Below, piece after piece: positions 43,396 to 47,664 of a stretch of 47,664 nt of DNA; the stretch's first letter is position 1; every line of letters begins with the position of its first letter. The notes below the pieces were generated by a model that was not told the DNA's origin, ran no database searches, and was given only the letters and a program-made list of their open reading frames with translations. This DNA is from a virus (lineage: Duplodnaviria; Caudoviricetes). The stretch covers positions 1 to 47,664 of IMG/VR virus record IMGVR_UViG_3300027571_000014; one strand, given 5' to 3'. The translations under genes were made by a program, and so were the position numbers.

Positions 43396-44766
43396 ATGTC
43401 TGAAAAAGATCAAATACAAGAAGTGCTGTCAAAAACTGACGCAGAGTTTAGCCCGACATTTTGTTTTGCAAAATGGTATCATGCTAACATATATTTCCAA
43501 ACAGGTGAAACGCATAGTTGTTATCATCCTCGACCGCATCAAATTGATTCTAATGAAATAAAAGGTAACCCGAGCGCATTACACAATACTACGTTTAAAA
43601 AACTCGAGCGTAAAGAAATGCTTGAAGGTAAAAAGTGCGTAGGATGCCAGTACTGTTGGAATATTGAACAAATGGGTCCTGATTATATTAGCGATAGACA
43701 TATTAGAACTAAAAGCATTTATACTAAAGATCGCTTTGAAGAAGTTAAGAATAATCCTTGGGACTTCAATGTTAATCCTGAATACATTGAAATTAGTTTC
43801 GGTAACGAATGTAATTTTCGTTGCGGATATTGTCATCCAAAGGCAAGTAGCAGGTATTATAAAGAAATTAAAGATCATGGACCGTATGATATGGTTAAGA
43901 ATCATAGATGCGATGTAGATTGGTTTCAGATATTTGAAGAGGAGACTAATCCTTATTTAAAAGCATGGTGGGAATGGTGGCCTGAACTTAGTAAGACATT
44001 AAACATATTACGTATCACAGGCGGTGAGCCTACAATACAGCGCAGTACATATAAATTGTTTGATGAACTAGAAAAAGATCCAAAGCCACATCTAGAGCTT
44101 AATGTTAATAGTAATTTTGGTGGTAAAGAACGGCAGTTAGCAAAGTTCACAGATAGTGTAAACAGTTTGCTAAGTCAAAATAAGATTAAATCATTTAAAT
44201 TATTTACAAGTGTAGATACTTGGGGACCACGTGCCGAGTATATAAGAGATGGTTTAGATTTAAATGTGTTTGAACGTAACTTGGATTATTTTTTAACAAA
44301 CTCTACAGCACCAGTTACGTTCATGATTACATTTAACATATTCTGCGTTACTACGTTTCAAACGCTACTAGAAAAGATATTAGAATGGCGCCGTAAGTAT
44401 AATAATCAAGAAAGCGGTCGTTGGCAACGTATACATTTTGACACACCGTATCTTAAAGAACCATTGCAATATGATATGAATATTTTACCAAAGAGTTATC
44501 TTACACACATGGATAGCCATTTACAATTTATTAAAGATAATATCCAAGAGGATAGCAAGCATCACTTTAGTGAAATGGAATATGAAAAATTTAGGCGTGT
44601 TGTTGATTACATGACTACTTCAAATTATAGTAATGATAAACTTATCGAAGGACGTAAAGACTTTTATAATTTCTTTACTGAACAAGATCGTCGTAGAGGG
44701 AATAGTTTTAAAGAAGCCTTTCCAGAAATGTCTGACTTTTTTGATATTTGTAGAGCAGTTAGATGA
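43396..44766 (+). CDS. Radical SAM protein with N-terminal Twitch/SPASM-like cysteine domain
   Basis: CNFRCGYC (CxxxCxxC), TGGEPT, N-terminal CFAKW...SCYH...CQYCW. Confidence 0.88.
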   Translation: MSEKDQIQEVLSKTDAEFSPTFCFAKWYHANIYFQTGETHSCYHPRPHQIDSNEIKGNPSALHNTTFKKLERKEMLEGKKCVGCQYCWNIEQMGPDYISDRHIRTKSIYTKDRFEEVKNNPWDFNVNPEYIEISFGNECNFRCGYCHPKASSRYYKEIKDHGPYDMVKNHRCDVDWFQIFEEETNPYLKAWWEWWPELSKTLNILRITGGEPTIQRSTYKLFDELEKDPKPHLELNVNSNFGGKERQLAKFTDSVNSLLSQNKIKSFKLFTSVDTWGPRAEYIRDGLDLNVFERNLDYFLTNSTAPVTFMITFNIFCVTTFQTLLEKILEWRRKYNNQESGRWQRIHFDTPYLKEPLQYDMNILPKSYLTHMDSHLQFIKDNIQEDSKHHFSEMEYEKFRRVVDYMTTSNYSNDKLIEGRKDFYNFFTEQDRRRGNSFKEAFPEMSDFFDICRAVR

Positions 44767-46064
44767 AAGAGCTAATATGGGTTTATAACTGGATTGCTCC
44801 AGACGGCCCCTTGCATAACTATAAAAATCCTTCGTTATATGATTTTGCAAAGTTTTCTCCAGAAGTTACATTATCATCGGCACCTTCGGTAAATGATCAA
44901 GCACCCGTGTATTGTGATATTAAGCGTAAAATTAATAGTAAAATTGTATCACCTTTTGATTACGATAAGTATGCAGGCAAAAAGTTTTTATATGATATTA
45001 CGTTATCAAATAAAGAAAATCATCTTAGACGAATACTGGATATTAACCACGGATTTCTTGAGCAGTCAGTTATTAACGGAGAAGTATTAACAGAGATTAA
45101 AGAAGGACAAGGATACTTTGTATTATCAACTATATACGAAAGTTTTTTAGATGATAGTGATTTTCACTTAATACACAAGTACTTTAATCATCATCATATT
45201 CCGCTAAACAAAATTATATATCTAACAAATTGTGTTAATGGTAAAGAAATTTATAATAATTTTTGTGAGAGAAAACGTATAGACACTATGGTTAATATAG
45301 AGTATGTCGGATTGTATCTGTCAAATTTGCAAAACGATATAGCAAAAAATAATGAGTTTGAAAAAAGACAAAACGTGTTTGGAACACAAGATCGATTGTT
45401 CTTAAATTGGAACCGTCGTATTAGAGACCATAGATCATTAATATTAGCAAACTTCCTACAGAATAATTTAATGGATCAAATACATATGAGTTTTGATAAA
45501 GACTTACCGTTTGATCACTGGATGCAAAGATTGACTCATCATGCAAGTATGTATAACTTAGAACTAAACAGCAAAGAGTTTTATGAAGAGTTTTATCATA
45601 GTTTGCCGTTAATCTTAGATAGCAATAACTTACATAAATTTCCAGTCGAAGATGACTTTATTGATCCTGCAGAATGGTATGATAAGACATTCATAAGTCT
45701 TTCCTCAGAAACGTATTTTAGAGAGTCTATTATACACATGACTGAAAAAACAATGAAGCCTATAATATTTAAGCATCCGTTTATTACAATAGGACCAAAA
45801 CATACTCTTAAATACATTAAGAAAATGGGCTTTAAAACATTTAATGATTATTGGAACGAAGACTATGATGAAGATGATTATCAAGATAGAATGAATAAAA
45901 TTATACAGATTTGTAAGGATATAAACAACTGGGATAATAATAAGCTACAAGAATTTCATCGCGGTGTTAGCGATAGATTAGAATATAATTTTAAATTATT
46001 TCAAAATCTACGTATTAATGAACTAGATGAATTCTTGCATAAGTATGGAGAAGAAAATGGCTAA
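44763..46064 (+). CDS. Putative GT-B glycosyltransferase with a GT10 (alpha-1,3-fucosyltransferase)-like motif
   Basis: FLNWNRR..DHR; FISLSSETY...MTEKTMKPI...PFITIG resembles the GT10 F-x-L-x2-EN...Y-x-TEK...P-x3-G donor-binding motif. Confidence 0.5.
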   Translation: MKELIWVYNWIAPDGPLHNYKNPSLYDFAKFSPEVTLSSAPSVNDQAPVYCDIKRKINSKIVSPFDYDKYAGKKFLYDITLSNKENHLRRILDINHGFLEQSVINGEVLTEIKEGQGYFVLSTIYESFLDDSDFHLIHKYFNHHHIPLNKIIYLTNCVNGKEIYNNFCERKRIDTMVNIEYVGLYLSNLQNDIAKNNEFEKRQNVFGTQDRLFLNWNRRIRDHRSLILANFLQNNLMDQIHMSFDKDLPFDHWMQRLTHHASMYNLELNSKEFYEEFYHSLPLILDSNNLHKFPVEDDFIDPAEWYDKTFISLSSETYFRESIIHMTEKTMKPIIFKHPFITIGPKHTLKYIKKMGFKTFNDYWNEDYDEDDYQDRMNKIIQICKDINNWDNNKLQEFHRGVSDRLEYNFKLFQNLRINELDEFLHKYGEENG

Positions 46065-47019
46065 AATCGTTGTTTGCGGCGCAGGCGGCTTTATAGGTTA
46101 CCACTTAGTTAACTACTTAAAGTTACAAGGACATTATGTAGTAGGCTGTGATATTAAAGAACCTAGATTTGGTAAAACAACTGCTGACGAATTCTATGTA
46201 AAGGATTTAAGAGAATCAATGGCAGTTGATGCAGTAATTACTGAAGGTGTAGACGAAGTGTATCAGTTAGCAGCTGATATGGGCGGCGCTGGATATATTT
46301 TTACAGAAGAAAACGATGCAGACATTATGCATAATAGTGCTAAAATTAATTTAAATGTACTAGATACTATTTCTCATCTTGAAAATAAACCTAAAGTTTT
46401 ATATACTAGCAGTGCATGCATCTATCCTGAAAGAAACCAACTAGATCCAGATAATCCAACTTGTGAAGAGTCAACTGCTTATCCTGCACATCCAGATACT
46501 GAATATGGTTGGGAAAAACTGTTTAGTGAACGCCTTTATCTTACATATAAAAAGAACTACGGAATTGATAGTAAAGTAGTACGGTTACATAATGTATATG
46601 GGCCAAAAGGTAGTTGGAACGATGGTAAAGAAAAAGCTCCAGCGGCATTATGTCGTAAGGTAGCAGAGTCGACTGGTGAAATAGAAATATGGGGCCCAGG
46701 CAATCAGACACGTAGCTTTTTATATATAGATGAATGTTTAATCGGACTTGATAAAATTATGGCAAGTAATATTACTGTGCCTATTAATTTAGGTAGTGAA
46801 CGACTAATTAGCATAAACGACTTAGCAACACTTATAAGTCAAATTGCTGGCATGAATACAATTAAAATTAATAATGTAGACGGCCCACGTGGTGTAATGG
46901 GCAGAACAAGTCATAATGCGTTAATTGAAGAGTTATTAGATTGGAGACCGAGTGAAGACTTGGAGTACGGACTAAAACACACCTATGCCTGGATAAAAGA
47001 GCAAGTTAATAATGTATGA
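46057..47019 (+). CDS. gme: GDP-mannose 3,5-epimerase-like extended SDR
   Basis: GAGGFIG, LAADMGG, SSACIYP (catalytic Cys), YGWEK (YxxxK), HNVYGP.G.W..GKEKAPAALCRK (catalytic Lys), WG.G.QTRSF.YIDEC, GP.GV.GR. Start moved from 46027 to the ATG at 46057, which follows a GGAG RBS. Confidence 0.88.
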   Translation: MAKIVVCGAGGFIGYHLVNYLKLQGHYVVGCDIKEPRFGKTTADEFYVKDLRESMAVDAVITEGVDEVYQLAADMGGAGYIFTEENDADIMHNSAKINLNVLDTISHLENKPKVLYTSSACIYPERNQLDPDNPTCEESTAYPAHPDTEYGWEKLFSERLYLTYKKNYGIDSKVVRLHNVYGPKGSWNDGKEKAPAALCRKVAESTGEIEIWGPGNQTRSFLYIDECLIGLDKIMASNITVPINLGSERLISINDLATLISQIAGMNTIKINNVDGPRGVMGRTSHNALIEELLDWRPSEDLEYGLKHTYAWIKEQVNNV

Positions 47020-47664
47020 TATAACCTTCATAAGTTACCAAGAACCTAATGCAGACGATAACTGGAAAGCACTTAAAAGTAGGTTTCCTATGGCAAAACG
47101 CATCCACGGCGTTAAAGGAATACATCAAGCACATATCGCCGCTGCAAAGAAGTGTTTCACTAAAATGTTTTGGATTGTAGACGGTGATGCTATGATTATG
47201 GATGACTTTAATTTTGACTATGAAGTACCTAGTCATCAACTCGATCATGTACATGTTTGGCGTAGCAAGAATCCAGTAAATGATCTAGTATACGGTTATG
47301 GCGGAATCAAACTTTTTCCAAGACTTATGACAGTGCGTATGGATACTAGCAAGCCTGATATGTCTACAAGTATTACTACTAAATTTAAACCAATGCCACC
47401 GTTAGCAAATATAACAGCATTTAATACAGGACCATTTGAAACATGGAAAAGTGCATTTAGAGAATGTACAAAACTTGCAAGTAAAATCATTGATAGGCAA
47501 AAGAATGAAGAAACAGAAAATCGATTACATATCTGGCAGACAGTGGGGAAAGACCGCCCTTACGGAGAATTTGCTCTTAGAGGAGCACAAGCAGGGAGTG
47601 CTTACGGCAAAGCAAGTCAAGGAGACATTGAGGCTCTTAAGAAAATAAACGATTTTGAATGGCT
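47012..47664 (+). CDS. GT-A-like putative glycosyltransferase, paralog of 42473-43393 (3'-truncated by the window)
   Basis: Missing from the ORF track; read manually: MYDITFISYQEPNADDNW...KRIHGVKGIHQAHIAAAKKCFTKMFWIVDGD...NPVNDLVYGYGGIKLFP...TWKSAFREC; open to the window end; 8-nt overlap with the epimerase gene. Confidence 0.8.
   Translation, partial: MYDITFISYQEPNADDNWKALKSRFPMAKRIHGVKGIHQAHIAAAKKCFTKMFWIVDGDAMIMDDFNFDYEVPSHQLDHVHVWRSKNPVNDLVYGYGGIKLFPRLMTVRMDTSKPDMSTSITTKFKPMPPLANITAFNTGPFETWKSAFRECTKLASKIIDRQKNEETENRLHIWQTVGKDRPYGEFALRGAQAGSAYGKASQGDIEALKKINDFEW

Larger units (their letters stand above)
1..47664. mobile_element. Segment of a large T4-related myophage genome (late sigma, baseplate and fibre module, glycosylation operon)
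   Basis: gp47- and gp55-like genes next to gp53/hub/gp5/gp25/gp6 baseplate genes; very dense coding with overlapping start and stop codons; T4-type late promoter motifs; no cellular housekeeping genes. Confidence 0.93.

Noticed and set aside
46027-46056. ORF-track start for the epimerase at 46027
   Set aside because: The ATG at 46057 has a GGAG RBS, gives the usual Rossmann start (MAKIVVCGAGGFIG) and the same 8-nt overlap as neighbouring genes
46057-47019. Ascorbate-synthesis auxiliary gene or plant contamination
   Set aside because: No other L-galactose pathway genes in the window; no introns; coupled to glycosyltransferase genes with phage-like composition
1-47664. Stop-codon reassignment as in some jumbo phages
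   Set aside because: ORFs up to 14 kb are open in the standard code, and TAA, TAG (e.g. 36935) and TGA (e.g. 38948) all end genes at sensible boundaries

Overview
AT-rich segment of a large T4-related (jumbo-type) myophage genome, read in the standard bacterial code. The left end carries a truncated gp47-like (Mre11/SbcD) nuclease and an enlarged gp55-like late sigma factor, both on the - strand and each behind a near-consensus sigma70 promoter. About 37.7 kb (1253-38948, + strand) is a baseplate/fibre module: tube initiator, gp53, hub, an extra 975-aa multi-domain cell-wall protein, gp5 with a C-terminal M15 peptidase, gp25, gp6, a 4675-aa gp7-like protein, three paralogous fibres and three paralogous fibre-associated proteins. 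(A/C)TAAATA late-promoter motifs sit in several of its intergenic gaps. From 38945 to the window end, a perfect sigma70 promoter precedes a tightly coupled glycan-modification operon: four GT-A-like glycosyltransferases in two paralog pairs, a GT10-like protein, a Twitch radical SAM enzyme and a GDP-mannose 3,5-epimerase. The best candidate for an undescribed system is this operon, a possible phage L-galactose/L-gulose glycosylation pathway. It shares a CBM5/12-like module with the giant baseplate protein. All family calls come from motif recognition by eye; no searches were run. I saw no tRNA, rRNA, CRISPR array, integrase, capsid or sheath gene.
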